Assembly: GCF_006345805.1 (NCBI RefSeq)
Contig: NC_043010.1
Location: forward strand, 65,410,001-65,474,000
Origin: Octopus sinensis
Lineage: Eukaryota
Length of the DNA stretch: 64,000 nt
Reading direction: 5' to 3'
Shown: positions 13,424 to 26,417 of the stretch, piece after piece
Numbering within the stretch: the stretch's first letter is position 1
Layout: each line of letters starts with the position of its first letter
Position numbers and translations under genes: made by a program
Notes under the pieces: generated by a model
The model's input: the letters and a program-made list of their open reading frames with translations, nothing else
Told to the model about the DNA's origin: nothing
Databases searched by the model: none

Positions 13424-15869
13424 GTGTGTTTATGTTTGTCTCCCTCTCCGTCGCTTGACAACCGATGCTGGCGTGTTTATATACCCGTAAGTAAGCGACT
13501 TGGCTAAAGAGACCGATAGAATAAGTACTAGGCTTACAAAGAATAGGTTCTGGGGTCGATGTATTCGACGTATCCCCTCCTCCGAATTGCTGGCCTTGTG
13601 CCGAAATTTGAAACCAGTATTAAACGATTGAAAATTCATTAAATGGGAGCAAGGACAAGAAGAGGAACGTGGAAGTTGTGTTTTGCTGCAGCTTCAACAA
13701 CGAACAGCAACTCTCATAAACAACGCGAGCAACGATGCTAACAATAACAACAATACTAACAGCAACAACATCGTTCACAATAGGCGCACAACAGTACTAT
13801 GAACAACGACACTGACAACAATATTAACAATAACAAGAACCCTCACAACAGTACTAATAAAATACAACATTAACAACACTCACAACATTACCAACAACAA
13901 AAATAGCAGCAACACTGGCGATAATACTAACAATAATAACATTAACAACAGGCATTGCAACAGCAACATCAACTTTAAGAAGATATATGTAACAAGTAGG
14001 GTCCCCATGTGACCACTCGACCAGTATGAAATGTCTGTTAAATCTTCCTCAAATAATACGAAAAGAACCAGTGGTTAATATAGTCCTTGATGTGCTGTCG
14101 GAAATAAAATAAAAGAATGGCATGGTCTGCTCATTAGTCCCAGGTGAGTATGGACTCACCTGGGACTAAACAGCAGCAACATTAAAAACTCAAACTTCGA
14201 GACCTGTGGCAACTTTATCAAAAACGATATTGAATATAATCACATGGGTACAAGACTTTTTATTCTTTTCTACTCTAGACGCAAGGCCCGAAATTTTGGG
14301 GGAAGGGACCAGCCGATTAGATCGATCCCAGTACGCAACTAGTACTTAATTTATCGACCCCGAAAGGATGAAAGGCAAAGTCGACCTCGGCGGAATTTGA
14401 ATTCAGAACGTAGAGACACACGAAATAGCTATTTCTTTACTACCCACAAGGGGCTGAACACAGAGTGGACAAACAAGGAAGACAAACGGATTAAGTCGAT
14501 TATATCGAACCCAGTGCATAACTGGTACTTATTTAATCGACTCCGAAAGGATGAAAGGCAAAGTCGACCTCGGCGGAATTTGAACTCTGAAAGTAACGGC
14601 AGACGAAATAGTGCTAAGTATTTCGCCCGGCGTGCTAACGTTTCTGCCAGATCGCCGCCTTAGGGCACAATGCTTGAAGGAGGGAACAGCTGATAATGTC
14701 AACTCTGATATGTATTTACTGGTGATTTATTTTATCTAACCTGAGTAAATAAATGACAACTTTGCGCTCAGAACATAAAGGGCCGTTACTGAATAACTTA
14801 TTGCTGGGCATTTTGTCCAACGTTCAATAACATTTTCTCGAACCAAGAAGATATTACCAACAATATTAATAACGGTTTCAAGTCTTGGCACAGGGCCAGC
14901 AATTTTTTAGGGCAGGGGTAAGTCGACTACAGTGACCTCAATACTTGACCGGTATGTATTCTATTGACCCCGAAAGAATGAAAAGTAAAGTCAACCGTGG
15001 CAGAATTTGAACTCAGAATGTTAACTCACTGCCTTACTAACGATATTAATAACAAACATAAATTAATAACATCAACGACTGCCACAGCAACAGCAGCTGT
15101 TCAAGAATTTGGACCTGGAGATCTCCATTTCCAGCGACTTCGAGGGCCACCTCCCAGTGGTGTCGGGTGTCAACGAAGAGCCCTCGACTACAACAAGACG
15201 GCCAAAGTTTTTTTCCAAGGTCTGGGATCTCCCGCCCCTAAGCCCTAGACCATCACCTAATCACCCTTAGCCGTCTTGTTGCTTTAACAACAACAACAGC
15301 AGCAACAGCACGAATAACAAATTCACAAAGTAAGTTAATTCTGCAGGGGATAGCAACAAAATATCCCTCTATTTCACAACCTAGCTTCTGTAAGCGTTCA
15401 GGTTTGTATTTGATGATGTGGTGTTGGTTATGCAAAGACAAGCTGGAAAGAGAGTCAACGAGAGAACGTCCTCGACTATAAACTTCCTCGATCTTAGGTG
15501 TCCTGGGTCTAAATGATTTCCAGTAATGATTTCCAGATTAGGTACGAGACCAGTAGTTCTAAAGGGAAGAGGTTATTCGATTATATTGATGCAAGTACTT
15601 GAATATTTCAGTATTATATCAAACCCGAATGATGAAAAGCAAAGCTGACCTGGTTTGGATTTGAACCCGTAATGCAAATAGGGCGGAAAAAATACTATGA
15701 AGTATTTCGCAACCTAAGCGGTTCTATCAATCCATCATCCAACAAAACAAAAAAATATTTACAACAAAAACCGTCGCAGTAGCAAACAGGATAACAGCAC
15801 CAAGCTGACGGTGGAAGCGGTATGGATATTCTCACTCCATCGATTCTCGTAAACAATGGAAACAAACAT

Positions 15870-16140
15870 TGATACAATATGTCATGGGAACACACTGGAT
15901 AATAAGTCCTAGATACACTCTGCCAGATGGACACATTAAATAATATAGTCCTAGACACACGATGCAGGAAAGACACGTTAGATGATGTAGTCCTGTCGGG
16001 TGAGCACAATTGATAATGTAGTCCTACTTGCACTGTGTGATGTACTGATTGGATGACGCAACCCAAGATATACAACCTCAGATGCACGTATTACACAATG
16101 TAGGTCTAGAAACACCATGTCAGGTAAACACACTGGATAA
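15870..16140 (+). repeat. Degenerate ~40-45-bp tandem amplification of a dispersed-repeat segment
   Basis: Repeated gtcctagatacac...ggataatgta motif; single relatives near 16660-16690 and 18660-18690. Confidence 0.55.
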
Positions 16141-16977
16141 GGTTTTCTTATAAATGTGGAGGCGCGCGGCTTCGTGTTTAATATTTTCGTTTCGATTCCT
16201 AGAACGGACGATGAGTTGTGCTCAGGAGCAAACCACTTCATTTCCTGCTGCTCCAGTTCAATCAGCTGGCAAAAATGAGTGATCCCGACTCGTCCCCCGT
16301 CCAAGGATGAACAATATACATACCACATAATCCTGGTAACAGGCCTTATCAGCCTTTAGCGTGCGAAGAACCTTTGCTCTTTTATATACTTTGCCTGTAG
16401 AACACATTGCATAATCTATTCCTAGATACGTTGTCCGAAACGAAACAAAAGGGTTGGTCGATACTTTTCAGCGGAACAGGTCTAGCTACCATAAGGATGA
16501 ATGCTAACGTGGAGTTATACAACAAACATAACTCAAGTTGCAGCTAAGGGAGCTTCTACATGGTAGCTATACATGCTGGATATAGCAGCCGAATCTCTTT
16601 TAAGACATGTCTTACAGTGTCCAAAATTACGCAAAAGCATTGATACAGTAAAACTTTATGGAATAAAGTCATATTGGATACATTGAGCTGTTGGAGAAAG
16701 ACGAGATAGTCGTAGCATTGAGTCCTTTTATCTGTGTGTCGACCAATAACGAAACTATAACAATAACATTGAGCACGGCAATAACAACAACATCAGCACA
16801 AAACTGTACTCTTCATTGAGAGAGAGTTGTAAGATAATTCTATCGCCAAAATCTTAATGACAGTTAAAGCTGTAACGAGATGCACAGAGCACGAAAGGGG
16901 GTTATATACATTGTGAGAGATATACACAAATCCGATGGTAATTTCAAACTGATGTACACAAGATTATTGTTATTAAA

Positions 16978-17026
<49 letters not shown>

Positions 17027-17040
17027 ACGCGTGTGTGTGT

Positions 17041-17084
<44 letters not shown>

Positions 17085-17130
17085 ACGCGTGTGTGTATAC
17101 TACCATATATATATATATATATATATATAT

Positions 17131-17708
17131 ACTTTTATTCTTTGATTCATTTATTTGTTTCAGTCATCTGATTGCGATCATGCTGGAGCACCGCCTTTAG
17201 ACAAAGAAATTGACCCCAGGAATTATTCTTTGTACGCCTAGTACTTATTCTGTCGGTATCTTTTGCCGAACCGCTATGTTATGGGGATTTAAACACACTA
17301 ACATCGGTTGTGAAGCGATGGTGGGGGGATAAACTCACGCACAACTTTCACACACACGGCGTTAGGAAGGGCAACCAACTATAGAAACTTTGCCAGATCA
17401 GACTGGAGCCTGGTGCAGCCTTCTAGATTGTCAGCTCTCAGTCAAAACGGCCAACCCATGCCAGCATGGAAAATGGACGTTATACGACGACGATGATTAT
17501 GATATTGATATATATATATATATATATCCATATATACGACGGGCTTCTTTCAGTTCCCGTCTGCCAAATCCATACACAAGGATTTGGTCAACCCAAGGCT
17601 ATAGTAGAAGACACTTGCCCAAGCTGCCACGCACTGGGACTGAACCCTAAACCTTGAACCATGTGGTTAGGAAGCAAGCTTCTTACGATACACCCACGCC
17701 TGCGCCTA
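17131..17708 (-). mobile_element. SINE family A with a different retroposon 3' tail nested inside (about 17358-17510)
   Basis: Family A halves flank ggcgttaggaagggc...ccatgccagcatggaaaatggacgtt(atg)n on the opposite strand. Confidence 0.75.
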
Positions 17709-17751
17709 TACATACACACACACACACACACATACACACACACACACACAC

Positions 17752-17820
<69 letters not shown>

Positions 17821-20293
17821 CAGCGGTATAAACAAAATTAATGTACACACTACCATTGTTAATGCCAGAGGAACCGCTTGTAAAACATTAGAACATTGCC
17901 TACAACTGTACAGTAACTAAAGAATATAGGAAATATTAGTCTAGATTATCGCATAGCACTTTGAATGATACGAGTCAAAGTTTGATGTTGGTCCTGTACT
18001 CAGTAGAAGTATCGTACCTCTGGGGCAGTTGGATCCCATCGAGCAGTTTGATTCAGTACCTACATATCACGTACCTGCTTGATCAGGCTTTACTTGGGGG
18101 TTATATAGTTTACCGCTATCTAACATCAGTATGAACGTACACGGGAGCCTATCTGTAGTCTCGTGAACTGCTAGGAATGGCAACCAATCTTTATCAAATC
18201 AAGCCCTTCTGTTTTAAGAAAGACAGTGCTGACGACTATAATAGTTAAAGTAGTATAGGATATAGTATGCTGGTAAAAAGTTGGCGTGGTGATGACTTGA
18301 AGAACTAAACTACAACAATAACCTACGTTACCAATGCTGAACATAACAGCAAGATCATCACTTCCTGCGACAATAGCAACGATACATCTGACATAAACAG
18401 GGGCCAGGAGAACTAATAGTAAAATCTCCAAAAAATTTCAGACTGTCATTTTAAAAGAAGTCATATTGGATCCCGTATTTCTATTGAGACGATGCCTGGG
18501 GTAAAATAGAGGTTGGACATGTCTAGAAAGCCTTTCCTTATAATTCTGCTCTAAGTTTAAACAACAGCAACAATACAAAATCTGACTTAACAATGATGGA
18601 TTGGTCTGTAAGAAATAGCAGCTAGATCTTCTTCAAATTACACCATACTGTCTTAAACATGGACTGATGTGTAGTCCTAGATAGAATGAGCCTGTTTAAT
18701 GATGACGAGATAGAGAAATAGCTGGGACGTCTTTGATGATAAATCTACTGGATCGGATCTGATCTGGATACCAGCATCAACAAGAATAGCGAAAAGAGCA
18801 ACAAAATCAAGCCCAATGGGTCGTTTGGTCCGTTAGAAATAGTAGTCAAACATCACTCAAATCGGATCCAATGGAAAGAAGACATGGAAGCATATTCGAT
18901 AATGTTGTCATGACAACGACAACCCGTAAGGAGATAAGGCACGGCTACATAATATCACAGCAATGAAAACAACAAGAAATTTAAAAGAATGTTTCACCTA
19001 CCTTGAGTGTGTATGTGTATGTGTGTCTGTGTGTGTGTGTGTGTGTGGCGTGCGCGTGTGCGTGTGTGTGCGTGTGTGTGTGTGTGTGTGTGTTTGTATG
19101 AATGTTTAAGGATACGTGTGTGAAAGTATGTGTGTGTGTGTATGTGAATGTATATCGTCTTCTATTCTGATTCTTTGATTATTTTTCTGAATTCTCTTTT
19201 CTTTTGGAAACTTCCTCCTCGGCTGTTATGAATTATAACAAGAGTTCCATAAACCGTACTGCCTAAGTACAGTCTATAGAATAGTCAAAGAAAAATCATA
19301 TTGAATGTTTTAAAAAATAACAACACAAACACCAATGACCCCGCCCCCAAGAAACAATAATAATAACAATAATAATAATAAATAATAATAATAATAATAA
19401 TAATAATATAATAATAATAATAATAATGGTAGCTCTACAGAAATTAGGGAAGCAGGATAGAACAGCACAGCAAAATCCTTGTTTCCGAATTCTTCAAAGA
19501 TCCGAAAAACAAAATGTTTGTCCTAAGCAGCTGTGTTGAGTTGTGGTTGTGGTGAGTGTTTGGGTTTGCAACAAACTTTTATCGTGTGATACTCTGGGGG
19601 TGAATATTTAATGTATTAAACACTGTTGTGCAAATAAATAAGTTAGTCAAGAGAAATTCTGTGATTAATATTTTGTGTTTTAAGCAATTATGTGATACGT
19701 TGTGGTGGTAACTTCAAATGACACTTGGAGTGAACGGCGTCAAAATTGAAATGGCAATTTGTGTTGGGATGGAAGCACCGACAGTAGCAGCAACAACAAT
19801 AACAATGGCAACAACAACAACAACAGCAACAGACAGACAGAGAAAGACGAACAGCGACAGCTGCAGTTACAGCAACAGCAGCAGAAGTGACAGCAACTGC
19901 AGCAACAACAACAACAGTATATGGAGCAGCCCCAACGAGAGAAGTAGTAGCAGTGACAGCATCGAAAATACAGCAGCCAGCAGCAGCAGCAACCAAACTA
20001 CCGAAACAAAAGCAACAACAACAACAACAACAACAACATCTTCAACCGGTGTAAGTGCAATGACAGTAATAAAGAGTAAGAAACAGCAATAGCAACAACA
20101 CGAATGTGAAAGAAATCAACAACTGCAGCAGTTCGGGAAAAGAAGAGCACTGATTCAGCAGCATGAAGATGAGGATGGACAGCAGCATCAGGAATGCCGT
20201 GTGTGTGTGTGTGTATGTGTATGTGTGTGCGTGTGTGTATGTACATACATAAATGCATTTGTACATAATATAAATGTATATATATATATATGC

Positions 20294-20354
<61 letters not shown>

Positions 20355-21230
20355 CATTTATATAATACATATAAATGCATGTATGTACATAGATATATAA
20401 ATATGTGGGGGGAATTCATATACATATATATGTGTGTGTGTGTGTGTTAGTGTGTATGTATGTGTATATATGCCTTTATGTATGTACATATATTTAAATA
20501 TGTAAGCATATATATACATATATATTAAATTAGAGATAAAGCTCCCTAATATTATTATTATATATACATATATGCATATATGTATATATATATATAATGG
20601 TTTTACTTATTATATTATATTAAACATTTTAATACTTTTTGATAGTTATAAAAAAAATTAATAAATTAATAAATTAAAAAATTAAAAAATTAAAAGTTTA
20701 AGAATTTATAAATTTAAAATTTAAAAATATATAAAAAGATATAAAATTTATAAATATAAATTAAAAATCTTTAATTTAAATAATTTAAATTTAAAATTTT
20801 ATATTATATATATTTTGTATATTATATTAATTATATTTATTTTTATGTTTTGGTTTATGATTTTCACTGTTTGATTTGCCTAATAGTGGTTTTTATCTCT
20901 AATTAAATTTATATATATATATATTTCTTTCCTGGGCAACACCAAATAGCCACAAGTTTGCATATACTTAGATGTGTGTTTGTGTGTATGTCGGTAGTTA
21001 GTTACATACATATATAGCTATATTCATGTGTAGATACATACATACATACATACATACATACATGTGCTGCCCCTTTGTCATTGACTGGGGCCATACTGGA
21101 GCACGGCTGCTGAAGACAGTGGATTTTATGAACGGATTTATTTTATTCTGCTGGGTAATTATTTCAGTAATTTTTTTTCAGTAATGCAGAACGTAACGGG
21201 TATACAAGCTTACAGCTTACGCAACGTAAG

Positions 21231-21277
<47 letters not shown>

Positions 21278-21443
21278 TTTGAGACTTTTTGTTAGGTGAG
21301 GGGCAGTTATGGCCGTCCTAGATTATTGTCTCAACTACATGGTTCCGGGTTCAGTCCCACTGCGTGGCACATTGGACAAGTGTCTTCTACTATAGTCTCG
21401 GGCCGAGTAGATTTGCTCGACGGAAACTGAAAGAAACCCATTG

Positions 21444-21519
<76 letters not shown>

Positions 21520-22087
21520 TATGTGTGTATGTACTTACGTGTGTCTTTGTGTTTGTCTCCCTCCATCGCTTGACAACCGATGTTTGTGTGTTTATGTTCA
21601 CGTAGTTTAGCGGTTCGGCAAAAATGACCGACAGAATATGTACTGGGCTTACAAAGAATAAGTCCTGGGGTCTATTTCTTCGACTAAAAAAAAAAAAACC
21701 TTTTGCGCGGTGCTCCAGCATGGCCGCAGTCAAATGGCTGAAACGTGTGAAAGAATTTAAAAAATGAAAAGAATACATTGTATAAGCTGATCTACCAACT
21801 TTTTACTCTAGATTAAAAGAGGCGGCTGTAACAGTATTTTGAACACAGCCTACTAGACACTTCTCGTCACAGCTGACGATCTTGCAGAATGCAGTCGAGA
21901 CGTGAAGATAATATGAAAGTATGCTGTGCAATAAAATCTTGTCTTACCCTTTTCGATACCAACCCAGCTGAAACTGCCTCTGGCCCTGTAATACAAATGT
22001 CTCATTTTCGTAAGTTTTGAATTAAAATCTTCCGTCAGATTTCAGTCACAATTTATGTTTCTAACACTAGCTTAATGATAATCAAGT

Positions 22088-22835
22088 TATTTTACTAAAT
22101 TCTTTGATATATTTAAAATAAATGAAAGAAACACAGAGCATTGGGCAAAAACGCAACAGAAACGTCTGAAATTTTACTAAATTCTTTGATATATTTAAAA
22201 TAATTGAAAGAAACACAGAGCATTACTCTTACTCTTTACTTGTTTCAGTCATTTGACTGCGGCCATGCTGGAGCACCGCCTTTTAATCGAGCAACTTGAC
22301 CCCGGGACTTATTCTTTTGTAAGCCCAGTACTTATTCTATCGGTCTCTTTTGCCGAACCGCTAAGTGACGGGGGACGTAAACACACCAGCATCGGTTGTC
22401 AAGCAATGCTAGAGAGACAAACACAGACACACAAACATATACACACACATATATATATACATATATACGACAGGCTTCTTTCAGTTTCCGTCTACCAAAT
22501 CCACTCACAAGGCATTGGTTGGCCCGGGGCTATAGCAGAAGACACTTGCCCAAGATGCCGCGCAGTGGGACTGAACCCGGAACCATGTGGCTGGTTAGCA
22601 AGCTACTTACCACACAGCCACTCCTGCGCCTACATTGCATTGGGCAAAAACGCAACAGAAACGTCTGAAATTTTACTAAATTCTTTGATATATTTAAAAT
22701 AATTGAAAGAAACACAGAGCATTGGGCAAAAATGCAGCAGAAACGTCTGAAATTTTACTAAATTCTTTGATATATTTAAAATAATTGAAAGAAACACAGA
22801 GCATTGGACAAAAACGCAGCAGAAACGTCTGAAAT
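22088..22835 (+). repeat. 82-bp minisatellite split by a SINE
   Basis: Units start at 22138, 22637, 22719, 22801 (partial), with a half unit at 22088-22137. Confidence 0.9.
22225..22632 (-). mobile_element. SINE family A, full length, inserted into an 82-bp minisatellite
   Basis: Consensus-like copy flanked by GCATT on both sides. Confidence 0.9.
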
Positions 22836-23340
22836 GCCTCCAAACTGTTTATGGATTTACTTGAGTGAGCTGAGAATCTGTTTTTCGCTGACACAAGAAA
22901 CTAGACAAAACAATTCCACCAGGAAGTTCACGATGATTCCTTTTATCGGCACAAATGCATCATGTACATTCACGGGATTTCCTTTTGTCAGGCGAGTAAC
23001 ATAGAGTACTTTATTGCTGTTTCGAGTGTGACTCGGGAAAAGATTTCGTTGCAAAATTCCACAACACTTGTAGTAGGACGATGCGGCAGTTTTTAATTCA
23101 ATCCAGATCAGCAACTACTTGACAGAGATGGACATCACGACTGTCCCTTACCCTCCCTACAATCCACATCTTGCTCCCGGCAGCTTTTGGTTCCGGCCCA
23201 AACTGAGCGAGAAGATGATGAAGGAATCCGTTACAAGGATCTTGGATGCATTTATTTTAGGAAGCTTCCATGCAGCTTCACAATGTGGCAGGAGTACTAC
23301 AACAGGTGCATTGAAGTTAGAGGACTTCTCTGAAATTGAA
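22836..23340 (+). mobile_element. Mariner transposase C-terminal relic
   Basis: YPPYNPHLAPGSFWFRPKL matches HPPYSPDLAPxDF; ends with a ...YNRCIEVRG-like motif. Confidence 0.75.
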
Positions 23341-23517
23341 AAAAAATGTCTCTCTTGGAAACATCGCAAAATTTCCAGAATGCATTTTGTATGTATATGT
23401 CTGTCTGTCTGTCTGTCTGTATGTATGTAAGTATGTATGTATGTGTATGTATGTATGTATGTATGTATGTATGTATGTATGTATGTATGTATGTATGCAT
23501 GTATGTATGTATGTATG

Positions 23518-23551
<34 letters not shown>

Positions 23552-23689
23552 TGTGTATATATAGTCAGGTATTTATGAATTGAAGTTAGGAGAACTCGTC
23601 ACTAACGTAAATTTATTGTGAATATCAATTACTGCCGTTTTACATTTTCTCATTGAGAGTTTGAAACCGGAGGGCAAATATCTGATTGA

Positions 23690-23900
23690 AGGGGCTGGTG
23701 GTGAGAGGCCACTGCTTTAGGGTGATACAGTCTGTACTGCTTTGGGTTGATATCTGTCTGTATTGATCTACCTGTCGGATGTGTCATCACCAGACACATC
23801 CGACATATTTCAAACCAGCTCTAGATTTTCAGAGACGCAAAACTCCAAAATCATTGTAAAACTGTGAAAAAAACTGATGACAAACTCACTTCACATGTTC
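23690..23900 (+). mobile_element. Probable mariner 5' fragment with 13-bp hairpin (23773-23805)
   Basis: tgtcggatgtgtc-atcacca-gacacatccgaca, then a decayed VKLxKK N-terminus. Confidence 0.35.
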
Positions 23901-23986
23901 TCTCTCCTCCGTTTTCTCCTATCATATTTAACATTGAACACAAACTCTTTTAATGCATTGTAATAAACTATTCTCCACTATTTGCA

Positions 23987-24256
23987 ATGCAGTTGTGGGT
24001 ATATTTGAATTTGACAAATTCGGTTTCTGTTTCTGTTTGTAACGGTAACGAGGTCTGAAGTTGGTTACTTGAATATGAAACATTCCATCCAGATGATATT
24101 ACTCCTTCATCTAAATCAAATACACGTTTGCAAAACTTTACTGTCGGAAATGCCGTCTTTGTTGAAATTATCGACTTTCAAAGCATAAACATAAGTACTT
24201 TGCACGCATGATCTAGTAACGCATTATTATATAAGAGACTTATACTGAGTTCAGGT
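23987..24256 (+). pseudogene. Possible further decayed LRR N-terminal fragment
   Basis: VCNGNEV*...VGNAVFVEIIDFQSINISTLHA* resembles TCTGNNL...FGNVIVERLYFEKSRIKRFK; weak. Confidence 0.25.
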
Positions 24257-24741
24257 GTCGTGTCCATGAAATAAATAAATAAATAAATAAATAAATAGAA
24301 AAAGGATAACAAAGAAATCATTTCTAATTAGAGAGAATTACAGTTCGATATGCATCAGGTTTTAACTTCTAAGAAACTTCGTTTCTTTCAAACGATTATG
24401 AGAATTACCAAGCTATTCACTTGTTTTGAATAAACTATTTATAATCTCGTCATCCTACACAACATTTGTATTATTTTTTATTGTATTAATTCTAAAATCC
24501 GAACCTGAAAAAAGATTTTATTTATTTTTAATTATGGTTACTCGTTGCCTGATGTAATTTTGTGGAAGAATATAAACATGATGGGATGGTTTTACTCTTA
24601 TTCTTTATTTAAAGGTTGGCTTCTGTTGTCATGTGGTGGAACCATAGACTTAAACTGCAAACGTTAGGCATTTAACAATTTATTGAGGTTCTATGAAAGA
24701 TGTTTCACAAGTGCTGTATCAACATTAAAAAGCATATCAAC

Positions 24742-25544
24742 AATAAATGTTGCCCTATTCAGTGTTATTGTCTTGAATCTATTGTGATTGAACAATTCCC
24801 TACTGATACGAAATTCAAATCTCTTTCATTATCAAACATAAGTGAGAAATAAAGAGCAAAACGTATAGGGTTTTCTATTATTACTCACATCGAAACATCC
24901 AGTTGATTACTCACCTGACATAACTTCAATTCATGAAAAGAACTAATAACATTTAATATATTATGAAGGACCTTGAATTTTGTAGTACTTTCCATAGAGA
25001 CCCTTGAGATAGTGAATGTTTTCATCAGGCTCATAAAACAATGAACAATTTCTGAATTCTCTCCCGTATCTTTTCTATAGATTATGCCAAATCGGTCGCT
25101 TCTCTGCCTGACCTAAAGTCACATAAAGATTCATGGTAAATGTTTTCTGATGGTTGAGTAATCAATCTGTTCAGGATAAGACGGGCCAGGATTTTACTGA
25201 TAGATATCACAAATCGGTATAGTACATTTGTATTTAAAAATTTATTTCGTGCGGCCAATGGAGACAGAATAGTGACAAAAATTTCAAAAGTTTATGACTC
25301 AATCACCAGCTTCCATTTTTATAGATTTTTAAAGGAGCCAAAGATTTTCCAGTCTCTGTTTGTTTTACTGTAGCATGGAGTTCATTAAGCAAAGGTTTGT
25401 TTGTGTCAGATTTCTACTATTTCGGCGTTTTGTGGAACTGATGAAAGAATGTCTTTGTTGATTGATGAAACAGTAACCAAAGTTGTCTGGTAGTGTTTCC
25501 TTCCAGAAGTGTAAAATAGAAATTATTCCAGTCAGCAGTTTTGT
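24742..25544 (+). pseudogene. Decayed LRR cassette A resembling the downstream gene (LRRNT to LRRCT), apparently intronless
   Basis: KCCPIQCYCLESIV...KFKSLSLSNIS (LRRNT-like); LSIETLEIVNVFIRLIK; SSLSKGLFVSDFY versus STLEPGLFSGDDY; FCGTDERMSLL...CFLPE...IIPVS versus ICNKRLSWL...CYLLSE...EIPVN. Many stops and frameshifts; aligned by eye. Confidence 0.45.
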
Positions 25545-25716
25545 ACCTTCAGTAGTCAAGACAGGATATGAACCAGAAGTCTGCTATCATTGATTTTTTT
25601 TTTTTTCAGAACAATCATAGAATGTATTAATGTCTTTCCTATCTACTGCACATTGACTCTCATTTGCTTCCAGTCTCCCATCTTATGTTTGTATCTTTAA
25701 AAGACTTTTGCACCGA

Positions 25717-25747
<31 letters not shown>

Positions 25748-25915
25748 TATTATTATGATTATTATTATTATTATTATTATTATTTGCTCAAAGAATATCT
25801 TTTTGCTTGAAATCTTTTTCCCCTCTGATATCCAGTTCTTGTTTGTCGTATGCATTCAATTTAATTAAAATTTAAATGTTCTTTTTTACTTATCGAACTA
25901 ATCCTTTTACTTACG

Positions 25916-26417
25916 ATGGGCAAACTGAATATTCCGCAATATCTCAAAAGAAGCAAAATATGTTGATGCTTTGGGGCCACTGGAGGATTCTTCAGCACTT
26001 TTCGTTGTTTATAATTGTCAGAGTTACATCTAATTTATCTCAGAGCTCACGTTTCTTCACAACCTTGAGTGACAAAATATTTATACATCTGGGAGATTTG
26101 ATATTTTCATCTCACTATTTAATACGAAATTCTGAAAGGCAGTTTGAATCGCAACAAAGTCTGATTCAACAGTCAAGAAGCTGTATGAAATGAACGAGTG
26201 GGAAAAGAATATCTTCCTTTATCCAGTTTTCAGACGATTCTAAGACCAGCAAAAAAATTCTCAGATCGAGATAATATTCTGTTGCTTTACGGTTTTGGAC
26301 GTCAAATTCATTAAAAAGAAAAGCACATGTAATCCATTGCTAGAGTCAGATGTTTGCCTAACATTGAAGTCACCAGACAGTCATAAAGTCAGTCGTCCTT
26401 ATGACTGACTTTATGAC
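25916..26417 (+). pseudogene. Decayed LRR cassette B resembling the exon 1-3 product
   Basis: KLNIPQYLKRSKIC*CFG versus RLNITFLNLKTTSMTDCFFG; TFRCL*LSEL...AHV versus RFKCASFSTSEL...GHI; EI*YFHLT versus SIRYFTIS; KFIKKKSTCNPLL...C versus SFIENRLICNKRL...C. Confidence 0.4.

Noticed and set aside
19718-20092. T/S/N-rich 124-aa ORF with a GTAAGT near its end
   Set aside because: Degenerate (CAA/CAG)n low-complexity tract; no domain, acceptor or partner exon.
20620-20850. Almost pure A/T scrambled tract (also 2680-2890)
   Set aside because: Looks like noisy long-read consensus over (TA)n rather than a biological element; cannot be judged without reads.
21865-21910. CUGACGA...GCAGUC GAGA CGUG hammerhead-like relic
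   Set aside because: GAGA and GUG violate the core and stem I is absent; at most a very old relic.
24975-25035. Minus-strand CUGAUGA...GAAAGUACUA hammerhead-like match
   Set aside because: Neither stem I nor stem II pairs; likely chance.
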